The notes under the pieces were generated by a model that had not been told where the DNA came from, searched no databases, and worked only from the letters and a program-made list of their open reading frames with translations. A stretch of 63,566 nucleotides of DNA, the filler included, from Octopus bimaculoides (taxonomy: Eukaryota), in the NCBI RefSeq assembly GCF_001194135.2. It is 6 parts of 6 records of this genome, joined end to end, with 100 filler letters (N's around TTAATTAATTAA, not from the genome) between each part and the next. Parts side by side here need not be neighbours in the genome. Positions count along the whole stretch, not along the records: positions 45,426 to 53,351 come from NC_068999.1; positions 53,452 to 56,250 come from NC_069009.1; positions 56,351 to 62,166 come from NC_069006.1; positions 62,267 to 63,566 come from NC_068989.1; 2 more parts are not named here. One strand, 5' to 3'. Positions 51,976 through 63,566 of the stretch are shown piece by piece. Made by a program: the position numbers and the translations under genes. Every line of letters begins with the position of its first letter. Position 1 is the stretch's first letter.

Positions 51976-52460
51976 NNNNNNNNNNNNNNNNNNNNNNNNN
52001 NNNNNNNNNNNNNNNNNNNNNNNNNNNNNNNNNNNTATATACATATATATATATATATACATATATATATGTGTGTGTGTGCGTGTGTGTGTGTGTGTGT
52101 ATGTATGTATGTGTATGTATGTGTATGATCCATTAGCCATATGATAAATATGATATTACATGATGCTCTTTATCCTTTAAATTTATATATTTCATCCATT
52201 TGTAATATGATATCATATCGGTTATCAGCTAGCCATATGATACCTATAGAGTCGAACCATCAGTCATATATCGTTAATCTATTAGTCATATGATGTCATG
52301 GTATTTCTGACCCACCATTCCTATAATACGTTAAGATAGCGTTGATCCATTATCTTATCATATAATATATGATCCTGTCAATTCATTAGTCATATATCCC
52401 ATGAGCATAGTTAATATATTAATCATATCACGCAAAACAGTTGATTCATTAGTTACTAAC
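51440..52460 (+). repeat. Degenerate minisatellite with ~20 copies of a GATCCATTAGTCATA-like core, interrupted by a microsatellite and N gap
   Basis: Cores at e.g. 51448, 51474, 51504, 51538, 51637, 51727, 51770, 52126 and 52441. Confidence 0.8.
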
Positions 52461-53204
52461 GCTTTCGTGTCCTTTACCCACAAGTCTTTTCAGAAGAGAC
52501 CACGCCTCTTAGCCTCTATAGACTCACTTAACGCTAATATAAGGCTTAATGAGGAAGACTAATATTCAATTAATGAAATATCAGTTAAAAATCACTGCAG
52601 AATAAAGACCATTTTAACCCTAAATCAACCATGATTCAGTAATCATATAACTAAGTGCGTTGTAGCAATCACCATCGCATCTTTTTCTCAGACAATATTG
52701 TATTTGGAACTACATCTATATTTATGTACGACTTTTTATCTACACTCGAAGTCACATAGAGGACAGTTTGTATAAAGGAGATAATCATGTCTTCATAATA
52801 TTTGGCAGGATTTGAAGTTTGAATTTGAAATTAAGTCTAGTCTTTAACCATTTATCTTTGAGGAAGATACTACTCCAAGTAGGTAAGGCCACCATATGGG
52901 GCAGGAGCGTTCTTATTGGCTTATTTAGTGGTTTGTTTATTCATTTTGTTTATTTATTTTTCTTTATGAAAAGGGTGATTTAAGTTGGTCAGAAATAGAG
53001 TTTGAGCAAAGATGTTTTCGACGTTGAGTATTATCTTCTGTTTAACAGCACTATTGTTGTTGTGGTTGCTGCTGTTGTTGTTATTCTTACTTTTGTTGTT
53101 GTTGTTTACCGCCTAGCTCAAGACGGGTCGAGTATGATCAAAAGTATTCCAATCGTAAAGACCTCCATCTTTTTCTCTACGTGTAGTTAACCCAATACTA
53201 CTTT

Positions 53205-53325
53205 ATGCACAAGTCTTTGGTCGGCCTGAAGCTATACTAGAAGACACTTGTCCAAAGCGCCACGCAGTGGGACTGAAATCAGAACCAGGTGGTTGGAAAG
53301 CTAGCTTCTTGCCACACCTGCGTCT
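53205..53325 (-). mobile_element. SINE family C head
   Basis: cacaagtctttggtcggcctgaagctatactagaagacacttg...cagtgggactgaa. Confidence 0.85.
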
Positions 53326-53598
53326 ATATATATATATATATATATATATATNNNNNNNNNNNNNNNNNNNNNNNNNNNNNNNNNNNNNNNNNNNNTTAAT
53401 TAATTAANNNNNNNNNNNNNNNNNNNNNNNNNNNNNNNNNNNNNNNNNNNNATGCATCTATTTCTAGCATATAGGAGTCCACTTTTGCTGGTCATTCCTC
53501 TTATTTTTGTATGTAATATAATTTTAATCTTCGGATCTTTTTAATATGCTAGACCACTGGTTTTAATTGATTAATTTCAATTTTTACCCTCATTAATA

Positions 53599-53642
<44 letters not shown>

Positions 53643-54344
53643 GTATATATATGTATGTGTGTATGTATGTATATAATATATGTATATTTGTATATATATT
53701 TGAGTGTATGTGTATGTATATAAATGTGTGTGTATATATAAATGTGTGAGTGTATTTGTATATGTTTATCTATGTATGCAATTTTATATGTTTCTGTATA
53801 TAAATATGTATTTTTGTGTGTAAGATTATGCATAAATGCATCTGTATGTTTATATACATCTCTCTCTCTATTTGTCTATCATCTTTCGGTCTATCTGTCT
53901 GTTTATCTATCTATCTATCTACCTACCTACCTACCTATCTATCTATCTATCTATTTATATGTGTGCATGTGTAATGAGAGACAGAGTGACAAAATGTGTT
54001 GCTCTAACCCATTCAACACACTTTTACTGTGTAGTGGGCAGGTGTAATTGAAAAATAAGCAACAAGGTTTCTTATGTCATCAACAAACAATTAATTTATT
54101 CATTTGTTTTGTTTCCATTTTTAATTTTAATCCTATGTTCTACAGTCAATAAATTGTTTGTTTACAAGCAGAGTTTGTTGTTGTTTTTTATTTGTATTTC
54201 TTCTATCTGTATTCCACTGATCGTCACCAAGCAGACACACACACATACACACGTGTATATATGGATGTATAGTCTTGTATTGCTTTATGGTGTGTATAAG
54301 GTTTCCTGATACATAAAAATGGAACTCAGTACTTCAAAGAATAC

Positions 54345-54578
54345 ATCAATGCTGGCTTGGCTGTGTGGTAAGAAGTTTGCTTCCCAACCAGATGGTTCTG
54401 GGTTCAGTACTTCTGTGTGGTACTTTCAGGAAGTGTCTTCTACTATAACCACACAGTCTGATGAAAGCATTGTGAGTGGATTTGGTTGACAGAAACTGAA
54501 AAGAGGCCTGTAGTATATATATGTGTGTGTGTGTGTTTGTCCCCAACTACCACTTGACAACCGGTGTTGGTTTGTTTC
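54345..54578 (+). mobile_element. SINE family C, 3' end cut by the adjacent maT relic
   Basis: ggctgtgtggtaagaagtttgcttcccaacc...cacttgacaaccggtgttggtttg. Confidence 0.88.
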
Positions 54579-55279
54579 CAATAAAAGTGCCATTGGCTTC
54601 AACTACAGCCTCCAGACGACTTTGGGATCTCTTGCAACTCCTCTAGATGGTCTCCTTGTTTAAGTTAGTGAATGCTGCCATAATCCTTCCNNNNNNNNNN
54701 NNNNNNNNNNNNNNNNNNNNNNNNNNNNNNNNNNNNNNNNNNNNNNNTATGTTAGGGGTGATGTGGACGCAGAAATTGTCTGACAGCCATGGACTGGGTT
54801 CTCCTGCTTGTGTGACATGGTGCAGAGTCCCGTTGCTAGACATAGGGTCTTCCAGCAGCCACCCTCTTGACCCAGGGCAGCACTACCTCCTCCAGGCACT
54901 TGATGTAGGCCTTCGTGGTGAGTCTGAGGCCATGCGGGAAGATGGAGGCATAACGTCATCATCACTTCAAACACCATGATGTTGACTGGATGGATGTTTG
55001 ATTTTTATCACTCTCAGTAGATGTTTTAGGGACATAGTATGTCCTCAGATTGACACCCAAACATTCTGAAATGTTCGTATTGGAGCTTTCAGAGCGAATG
55101 CCAAGCATTACAGCATGTTCTTTCCAAATTTTTGGCAGAGTAAATTGCGTCATGGCTTTTCTCACAGACAGTGTCCAACTGACCCTACGATATTGTGTAG
55201 TCGACAGAATCAAAAACAAGCAATGCGCATGCACGAAATTGAAAAAATAAAATGTCACCAATTTACCCATCGTACTCTG
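54570..55279 (-). mobile_element. Internally deleted Tc1/mariner element, probably maT-like
   Basis: TA-CAGAGTACGATGGGTAAATT terminus (55279); N-terminus KIWKEHAVMLGIRSESSNTNISECLGVNLRT; core AYIKCLEEVVLPWVKRVAAGRPYV.QQDSAPCHTSRRTQS..LSDNFCVHITPNI[gap]...SRLEAVVEANGTFI; third catalytic residue falls in the gap. Confidence 0.85.
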
Positions 55280-55975
55280 TATATATATGTATGTATGTAT
55301 GTGTGTATGTATACATGGGGAGGGGTGAATGTATTTATATATACATCCCTATGCATATTTATTCACTTACACAACAACTTATGATTTTTCTTCGAACTCT
55401 AGCCCATTCCACATTCGTACCTATCTCAAAGATAATCCATCTTCACTCTAGAATGAAACATTACGTGAAACAACAATTGTGGACATTTCGCCATCTCAAC
55501 GCGTTTTCTGGGTAAAAAAACAACAACAACAAAAAGAGCAATCCAAGGGACATAACTCCGATGGACTTGTCTTCTCGGTTCTTTTGCTGGTCTATTATCC
55601 GGCTTTTCCTTTTGTTTTCTTTTTATTTTACAACTCTCAGACCCCTTAATCAGATGTGACACTTTCAGGCCTCCACAAGCAAACCAAGTAAGCCATATTT
55701 TTCCTTTCAGTCTTGAAATGGTGATTGCTAACAGTCTTAAGCAGCTGTCAAGAGACATTAACGTTAAATAAATAATAATATATTCGTCCTATTAACTAAT
55801 ATATCTAATTAAGCAAATTAATTTCTGACACATGAAAACTTACTGGACAACATTTATGCACGCGCGCGTGTGTGTGTATATTATTTTATTGTTTTACTTG
55901 TTTCAGTAATTTGACTGTGGCCGTGCTGGAGCAGCGCCTTTAGTTGAACAAGTCGACCCCAGGACTTATTCTTTG

Positions 55976-56250
55976 TGTGGTGCGATGGAGGAAGAAGACA
56001 ACAAGAAGCAAAAGGACAGAATGAAGCGTTGGACCTTACCTTGCCGACCGCAGCGGGGTACACGATCGCTCCTAATCAGAACACGTCTTTCTCGTAACGT
56101 CGCTGTTTTCTCACTGGCCCCACGTGCTAGCCTTCGAGCGCGTGTCGCCGACTTCCGATCTGACCCTTCCGGTTTGGCCCTTCCGGTCTGGCTTCACCTC
56201 TGTTTGCCTCACCCCTCTCCACCACAACACATAGCTCGTCACAGCCCAAA
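55976..56250. mobile_element. GC/CpG-rich insert into a family C SINE, LTR-like (starts TG)
   Basis: SINE sequence stops at ...gacttattctttg and TGTGGTGCG begins; three CGGAAG motifs and a CACGTG; right end lost in a gap. Confidence 0.35.
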
Positions 56251-56419
56251 NNNNNNNNNNNNNNNNNNNNNNNNNNNNNNNNNNNNNNNNNNNNTTAATT
56301 AATTAANNNNNNNNNNNNNNNNNNNNNNNNNNNNNNNNNNNNNNNNNNNNTATATATATATATATTTATATATATACACATACACAAATATATTCATATA
56401 TATATATGTATATACACAC

Positions 56420-56580
56420 ACGACAAGCTTCTTTCAGTTTCCGTCTACCAAATCCACTCACAAGGCTTTGGTTGGCCCGAGGCTATAGTAGAAGACATTT
56501 TCTCTAGGTGCCACGCAGTGGGACCCAACCCGAAATCATCTGGTTGGGAAGCAAGCTTCTTACCACACAGCCACGCCTGA
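56420..56580 (-). mobile_element. SINE family C head
   Basis: ctttcagtttccgtctaccaaatccactcacaaggctttggttggcccgaggctatagtagaagac. Confidence 0.9.
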
Positions 56581-57323
56581 GCTTGTTTGGTCCCTATAAA
56601 CAAATCATCAGTGCAGCTTGTTCGGCAAGAATTTGCGGAACCATTTTTCTCGGACTCGAGAAACTACCAATAAATTAAATAAAGTTGACCAGCAAAAAGT
56701 ACAAAGGACCCAGCCGATGTTTAACTCATTAGATCTCGACTACTCTGTCCCCCATTCCATTCAGAACGACGTATTGGTGTGAGTCTGGGATGTAGTACTT
56801 GTTTGTCAATCAAAACGAAATATAAGAATCACAGGATTCTACAGACAGAGCCGCGAATTGCAGGCAGCAAGAAATTTCCAAGAGATTTTCTTTTGATAAA
56901 ATCATGAATGAGAAACCGAAACAAAGAAGTTGCTGAATTTTACATTCACAAGTTTTATTGATTTCACTGTTTACACTTCGTTTTATTTTCTAGCTGTACG
57001 ATTTAAATTAGCATTCATACGCTGATTGAAAAGCATATAGAAACACACACACACAAACGGCTTGATTAGGTTCTATGCAACTTGAAGTTTTGTAGGCTTC
57101 TTATAGACGCCTAGTTCGTCGGTCTCAGCAGAATGGAGAAATGCAAGAAATCCAAGATGGCTACCGAGGACGGCTTGGTTTTGATCAAGACTGTTCACAT
57201 GGTATTTTTAGAAGTAAAATTGACATTTAAGCGACGCCAAATGTATTAAAAAGGAGAATTTTATACATACATACATACATACATACATACATACATACAT
57301 ACATACAAGTATATGTATATATA

Positions 57324-57822
57324 TTAGGTCGTCAAGTATGAATTTGTAGAAAAGAAAAAAAAGCTTGCTAATGTTTTATAAATACAAGGAATGGTTTTAT
57401 TCATCAAAGTATGCACCCATATCGTCAATACACCTTCATTATCCACCTTTGTTTCTGGTTGACCGCGTTACGCATTTGTAAGGTCAAAGTTACCAAAACG
57501 AAATTTTGCAAACTAATTTGATACTGTCTGCATTAGAATGAAATAATCCATTAATATTCCGAACTGTCTGTGATGCTGTATTTCTAAGAAAGAACTCATA
57601 TTTCAAAACTGTACGAATTTCCGACTTATCCACCTTAAACAAAAATAGCAAAACACGATTTATAAATACTTTATAAAGCGCAAAATGAGTTAGAATAAAG
57701 AAATAGATGTGTCAGCTTTCTAACAAAAAATAAAGATTGTCAAAATATAATAGTGGGGCAAAATAAGCAGCTGTCAAAGTTTACCATATACCTTACTACA
57801 AATTTCATACTTGACGACCTAA
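57324..57822 (-). mobile_element. mariner-derived MITE (499 bp) with TIRs and TA TSD
   Basis: TTAGGTCGTCAAGTATGAA(A)TTTGTAG at both ends, TA at 57322-23 and 57823-24; retains a transposase-like end CIDDMGAYFDE* on the minus strand. Confidence 0.9.
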
Positions 57823-57833
57823 TATATCTATAT

Positions 57834-57883
<50 letters not shown>

Positions 57884-58334
57884 TATATATATGTATGCGT
57901 GTCTGCCTGTATGTATGTATGTATGTATGTATATATATCAGATCACTACTGGCAACATGGAATCCAGTGCAACCTGTTGTATGGACAAGTCGTCGGTGAC
58001 ACCCCTGTGAGGATCGTTGCTAGAAACCCAGCAGGACTAAAATCAAGGTTCAACGACTATCTAGCAATAGCATGGACCCTCAGGAAGTCCGGATTGGTGT
58101 CTAGTATGTCTGAAGACCACCGAGAGTGAAGCACCCTTAGTTTTTGTTAAATAATGTCTCTAGGTCACTCTGATATAAAACCTGATATGCAGGGAATGGT
58201 CTAAGACATTTTAGGGACCTTTTGATTTCGTTTGAGATCATTGTGTTTCCACTTTGCCGAAACTGTGGCCCATATTGGCACTGGGTATCTTGCTTTGACT
58301 TGCTTTAGGAATTGGAATGCAGCTATGACGGGTC

Positions 58335-58665
58335 TCTGCATAGAAGGGTTTTAGTCGAACAAATCAACCCCAGTAATTATTTTTTAAAGCCTGGTACTAA
58401 TTCTGTCGGTTACTTTTGTTGAACCGCCATGTTACGGTGACATAAATACACCAATATCGGTTGTCAAGCTGTGGTGGGGAATAAACAAACACACACACAC
58501 ATGACGGGCTTCTTTCAGTTTCCGTCTACCAAATCCACTCACAAGGTCTTAATTGGTTCGAGGCTATAATAAAAGACACTTGCCCAAGGTGCCATGCAAT
58601 GAGACTGAACACGGAACTATGTGTTCGGAAACTAGCTATTTATCACACAGCCAAGCCTGCGTAAC
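58335..58665 (-). mobile_element. SINE family C, full length
   Basis: Tail plus head with a short internal (CA)n. Confidence 0.92.
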
Positions 58666-58789
58666 ACACACATACACACACACATAAACATACATAGATT
58701 TATACACACACAGACACACACACACTTATATATATATATATATATACATGTATATGTATATATATTTATATATGTGCATATATATAAGT

Positions 58790-59085
58790 GAAAGAGAAGG
58801 GAAAGTGAGCATGAAGAGAAGGCCAGGAAATGTAAGAGAGGAGGAACGAAAGAACGAAGAGTGGAATGAACGAAGAGTGGAATGAACGAAGTGCGAAAGG
58901 GCTGATAGAAAGAAGGAAAGAAAAACTCCGAATGAACCGTCCTTGTTTTCTTTGTATCATCTGTCTGGATGTTTTGTTGTCCCTTTTTTGTATCACCTAC
59001 TTTCTGGAAATTTTGCGTTCTTGTCCCATTTTTGTATTTTTTATATATAAAATATAGCGGCGTACGTACATTTTGGTCTCATGTA
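58790..59085. mobile_element. Second copy of the 9.4-10.6 kb repeat family, with an internal inversion
   Basis: 58790-58940 matches the reverse complement of 10125-10262; 58945-59085 matches 9500-9555 and 10073-10105 directly. Confidence 0.7.
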
Positions 59086-59103
59086 TTCACACACACACAC
59101 ATA

Positions 59104-59340
59104 TTTATTAGGTTGGCAAATAAGTTTCCGCCGTTTTTTTAAATTTAAATTTTTTAAAAGGTTTAATAAAAAATAACAACTAATTAATCAATAATGTATT
59201 CACCCTTGTTGTTTACAACTTCTTCCCAACGTTCAACAAGATTTTCAATACCTCGTTGGTAGAAATCACCCGATTTCGACTCGAAAAATTTGATCCAAAC
59301 AAGCTCTCAATTCTGGATCAGTATTGAACGATTCACTAGC
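59104..59340 (-). mobile_element. mariner 3' fragment with TIR
   Basis: TIR TATTAGGTTGGCAAATAAGTTTCCGCC; FNTDPELRACLDQIFESKSGDFYQRGIENLVERWEEVVNNKGEYIID*. Confidence 0.9.
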
Positions 59341-60046
59341 ACTCATAAAGGTCCAACAGACACACTCTGCCCTCACACAACATGAATCTACCAACTGCTA
59401 CAAAATTCAAACCAAGACGGGCGAAAGGGATGAACTTGAAGTCGAAGATTTTAAACTAACAGCGACAACACTGGAAATTTACCTGAGGAAACACAACTGG
59501 ATCTCATTATGCAAACAAACAGTTGTATAATCAAATACCTGTATTGTTGGAGAACTACGATTGGTGGAAACAATTGTAGTGACATATATATATTTATAGG
59601 ACAGTGCATTGTTCGACCATCATGAAAAACAAATAACAAAAACAAAGAAGACATCAAAAACCAAACGGCAAATGACCATTGATATTAACTCGATATAAGG
59701 TCTTCGGTAAGCATTGATTTAAACGAGTGAGATAAACGAATGATAGCTGTGCGTAACATTAACGTGATATCCATTCGTAAAGCACATGAAGAAATTGATA
59801 ACAAGGAAGCAAGCAAATTACTATTCATGTTTAACTTGTTAGGTCATTGACCGATAACGCAAGACACCCTTGCGACATCGTTCATCGTGCTTTTGTGTGT
59901 GTCGGGGGGGTGTATGTGCGTGCACGTGTATATGTGTGAGTGTGTTAGAGTGTATGGATGAGTGTATTTGTGTGTGTACGAATACATTTTTATATCTATG
60001 TGTGTATATCCGTATGCATATACATACGGACATATATGTATACATA

Positions 60047-60094
<48 letters not shown>

Positions 60095-61032
60095 NNNNNN
60101 NNNNNNNNNNNNNNNNNNNNNNNNNNNNNNNNNNNNNNNNNNNNNNNNNNNNNNNNNNNNNNNNNNNNNNNNNNNNNNNNNNNNNNNNNNNNNNNNNNNN
60201 NNNNNNNNNNNNNNNNNNNNNNNNNNNNNNNNNNNNNNNNNNNNNNNNNNNNNNNNNNNNNNNNNNNNNNNNNNNNNNNNNNNNNNNNNNNNNNNNNNNN
60301 NNNNNNNNNNNNNNNNNNNNNNNNNNNNNNNNNNNNNNNNNNNNNNNNNNNNNNNNNNNNNNNNNNNNNNNNNNNNNNNNNNNNNNNNNNNNNNNNNNNN
60401 NNNNNNNNNNNNNNNNNNNNNNNNNNNNNNNNNNNNNNNNNNNNNNNNNNNNNNNNNNNNNNNNNNNNNNNNNNNNNNNNNNNNNNNNNNNNNNNNNNNN
60501 NNNNNNNNNNNNNNNNNNNNNNNNNNNNNNNNNNNNNNNNNNNNNNNNNNNNNNNNNNNNNNNNNNNNNNNNNNNNNNNNNNNNNNNNNNNNNNNNNNNN
60601 NNNNNNNNNNNNNNNNNNNNNNNNNNNNNNNNNNNNNNNNNNNNNNNNNNNNNNNNNNNNNNNNNNNNNNNNNNNNNNNNNNNNNNNNNNNNNNNNNNNN
60701 NNNNNNNNNNNNNNNNNNNNNNNNNNNNNNNNNNNNNNNNNNNNNNNNNNNNNNNNNNNNNNNNNNNNNNNNNNNNNNNNNNNNNNNNNNNNNNNNNNNN
60801 NNNNNNNNNNNNNNNNNNNNNNNNNNNNNNNNNNNNNNNNNNNNNNNNNNNNNNNNNNNNNNNNNNNNNNNNNNNNNNNNNNNNNNNNNNNNNNNNNNNN
60901 NNNNNNNNNNNNNNNNNNNNNNNNNNNNNNNNNNNNNNNNNNNNNNNNNNNNNNNNNNNNNNNNNNNNNNNNNNNNNNNNNNNNNNNNNNNNNNNNNNNN
61001 NNNNNNNNNNNNNNNNNNNNNNNNNNNNNNNN

Positions 61033-61065
<33 letters not shown>

Positions 61066-61851
61066 ATTTATATTATTAGTATATATATATATACATATAT
61101 ATATTCATATACATATGTACACACATGTATATATATGTGTGTGTGTATGCATATACATATACATACATTGACATAAATATGTATGCGTGTTTAAATATAT
61201 ATCTTTAGATATCTATTATATATTTGATATATACAGTATATATAGTATCAACACATATATGCATATACATGTATGATGTATATATATATATGCGTGTGTG
61301 TGTGTGTTGACATATGCATGCAATTATAGCACACACACATGCACATACATATTCACATATTCAAGTATATACATAGGCGCACTTATCTGCGTGTATATGC
61401 ATATATGTGTGTACATATTCGTACACACACACACACACACACACACGCACATATACGCACACACATAAACATACATGTACATTCGTTTGTGCACGCGGTG
61501 ATCTTTTCGTTTGTGTACTGACCATCATCAGTTTTGCATCACAAGCCGAATGCAATTAGCTGTGGAATATGAAATACAATATATAGAGGATATTTCTCCG
61601 TTCTCAGCTGCAACAACAACAACAACAATAGGTGCAGCAGTAGCAGCAACAATAACAACAACAAAGAACACACAAAAGAAAACTACACTTGCCTCTTGCC
61701 ACTTACAGCATCATGTTTTAATAGAACGCAATCCATTTGGGAATTTTGATGTTAAACATTGGCAAAAACGACTTTTTAGTTTTTCTTGTTCTTATCTTTA
61801 TTTATTTAAGTATTGCTTTGCTTCATCTATTCATGCTCACGCGCAAATACT

Positions 61852-61919
<68 letters not shown>

Positions 61920-62266
61920 CCATTCCTATTCAAGCACACCAGCTGATAAGCATTTTAATGCACAAACATACAGAAAGTGACAAGAATAGGGCGCATGATC
62001 GAAATTACAGACTGACTCTCATGTGTAGATACATATATATACACACACGCACTACGCATACATACATACATACATACATACATACATACATACATACATA
62101 CATACATACATGCTGGCAGAAACGTTAGCACGCCGGGCGAAATGCTTAGTGGTATTTCGCCTGCCGNNNNNNNNNNNNNNNNNNNNNNNNNNNNNNNNNN
62201 NNNNNNNNNNTTAATTAATTAANNNNNNNNNNNNNNNNNNNNNNNNNNNNNNNNNNNNNNNNNNNN

Positions 62267-62312
<46 letters not shown>

Positions 62313-62805
62313 AAACACAAAGACACACACACATACACACACACATACACACACACACATATACATATATATGATTGGTAATAAGCTACCCTTTTTAATT
62401 CGTTGCTTACACTTTTTACCGTTTTGAATATCAGCACGTTTTCAACGATTTTTCTGATAAGATTGACAGCGGTAGTTGAGATTAACACTAGGCGTTAAGA
62501 GTCGCTGCTTAGGATTAAAATGGTCTACATCGAAATCCGAAATCGCGATTCGACTACGTACGCTGCGGACGTACCCTACTTTGTCAGTCATTAAGTCTAG
62601 TGCTGTTGTGGCTCTTGAGTTGTTTTAACTTTTCTTTTTAGCGAAAGGGGCGCTAGTTAGTACCCTCTGTCAAGTTTGTGATCTCTATTAATTTTGCCTT
62701 TAGGTTCTCATTGCTAATAAGCCAGCCTTCTTGATTTGTTTATATATATTATCAATATATATGTACATGTATATATATATATTGCCAACAGAGAAGACGT
62801 AGTGT

Positions 62806-63321
62806 TCGCAAACACAACACATAGCTTTTTTGGAATGGATGTTCGGCTTTGGTTGATGTTTGGTGGGATCCTTACGCAAACTCCAAGATCTTTTACACAT
62901 TTTCATGCACAATCCGTGTTTCACCTCCAGTCATATGTTGTTTTAAAAAATATGTGCTTTCATTCCATTTCAAAAGCATATCACAAACGGAATATCGGTC
63001 CAAACAACTGTTTCCTGAGTTTGTGAGGGAACCATACATTATATCGAGAAATGTATCTTCGCTTAACCAGGTGTTCACGAACTGTACTTTTAGAAACTTT
63101 CAACTCCTGCAAGTTCCCCAGTCGTGATATTTGAGTTTTCTTTGATGTTTGCCTTCAAGACATCTTCATCCAATTTTAAAAGTCTTCCACTGCGACTGTC
63201 GTCTACCACCTTCGAACAGTTGATTACCTTGCATGAATGTTTTTTCAATTCTGTGCAGTGCTTTCTCCTTTTTGAGAAGGAAAAGCATTACAACGCGAAT
63301 ATAAAGTTTTTGCTTATTCAT
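62806..63321 (-). pseudogene. mariner transposase 5' half, frameshifted
   Basis: MNKQKLYIRVVMLF...DEDVLKANIKENSNITTGELA...VSKSTVREHL...WFPHKL (WVPHEL-like)...FLKQHMTGGETRI (TGDEKW-like)...PKPNIHSKKAMCCV. Confidence 0.9.
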
Positions 63322-63566
63322 TTCAAATGTCAATGAATGGTGACTGGAATGAAATATAAATTTATTTTTAGGCAAGAACAAAGAAGAAATCCACTACTAC
63401 TTCAAGCAACTGCACCGTTTTAACTGTGTTAGTTTTCAGGTGTTCTGAATGAAGTCTAGACATTTAGCTGAAAAACGCTCAGAACTCTCCGGACAATCTA
63501 ATAGAAGCATACATACATACATACATACATACATACATACATACATGCATACATTAAATATATATA

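Noticed and set aside
51440-52460. CRISPR interpretation of the repeat-spacer-like array
   Set aside because: Cores are degenerate, linkers are mutually related, there are no cas genes and the context is eukaryotic
57940-58129. Exon-like ORF DHYWQHGIQCNLLYGQVVGDTPVR...
   Set aside because: LLYGQ...G..P pattern is more like a decayed RTE LINE tail; too weak to call either way

Overview
AT-rich, gap-ridden eukaryotic DNA made mostly of microsatellites, tRNA-derived SINEs and decayed transposons. There is no prokaryotic gene organisation, CRISPR array, rRNA or intact tRNA gene. The repeat landscape suggests a coleoid cephalopod such as Octopus (inference, not verified). Recognisable coding remnants all belong to mobile elements: two Tc1/mariner maT-like elements (one demonstrably DD37D), several mariner relics and MITEs, a Helitron RepHel pseudogene, two RTE-type LINE fragments and an L1/Tx1-like ORF1 zinc knuckle. 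Possible host coding sequence is limited to a Ras-family (RASL10-like) segment at 33.8-34.0 kb and a few weak exon candidates. The most notable signal is a type I hammerhead-ribozyme motif (30057-30142, predicted cleavage after A30117) inside a ~250-bp tandem repeat whose other copy has lost the catalytic core, i.e. a retrozyme-like array. SINE family labels A-E are my working names, and SINE or fragment boundaries are approximate (about +/-10-20 nt). Most ORFs in the supplied track are microsatellite or N-gap artefacts.
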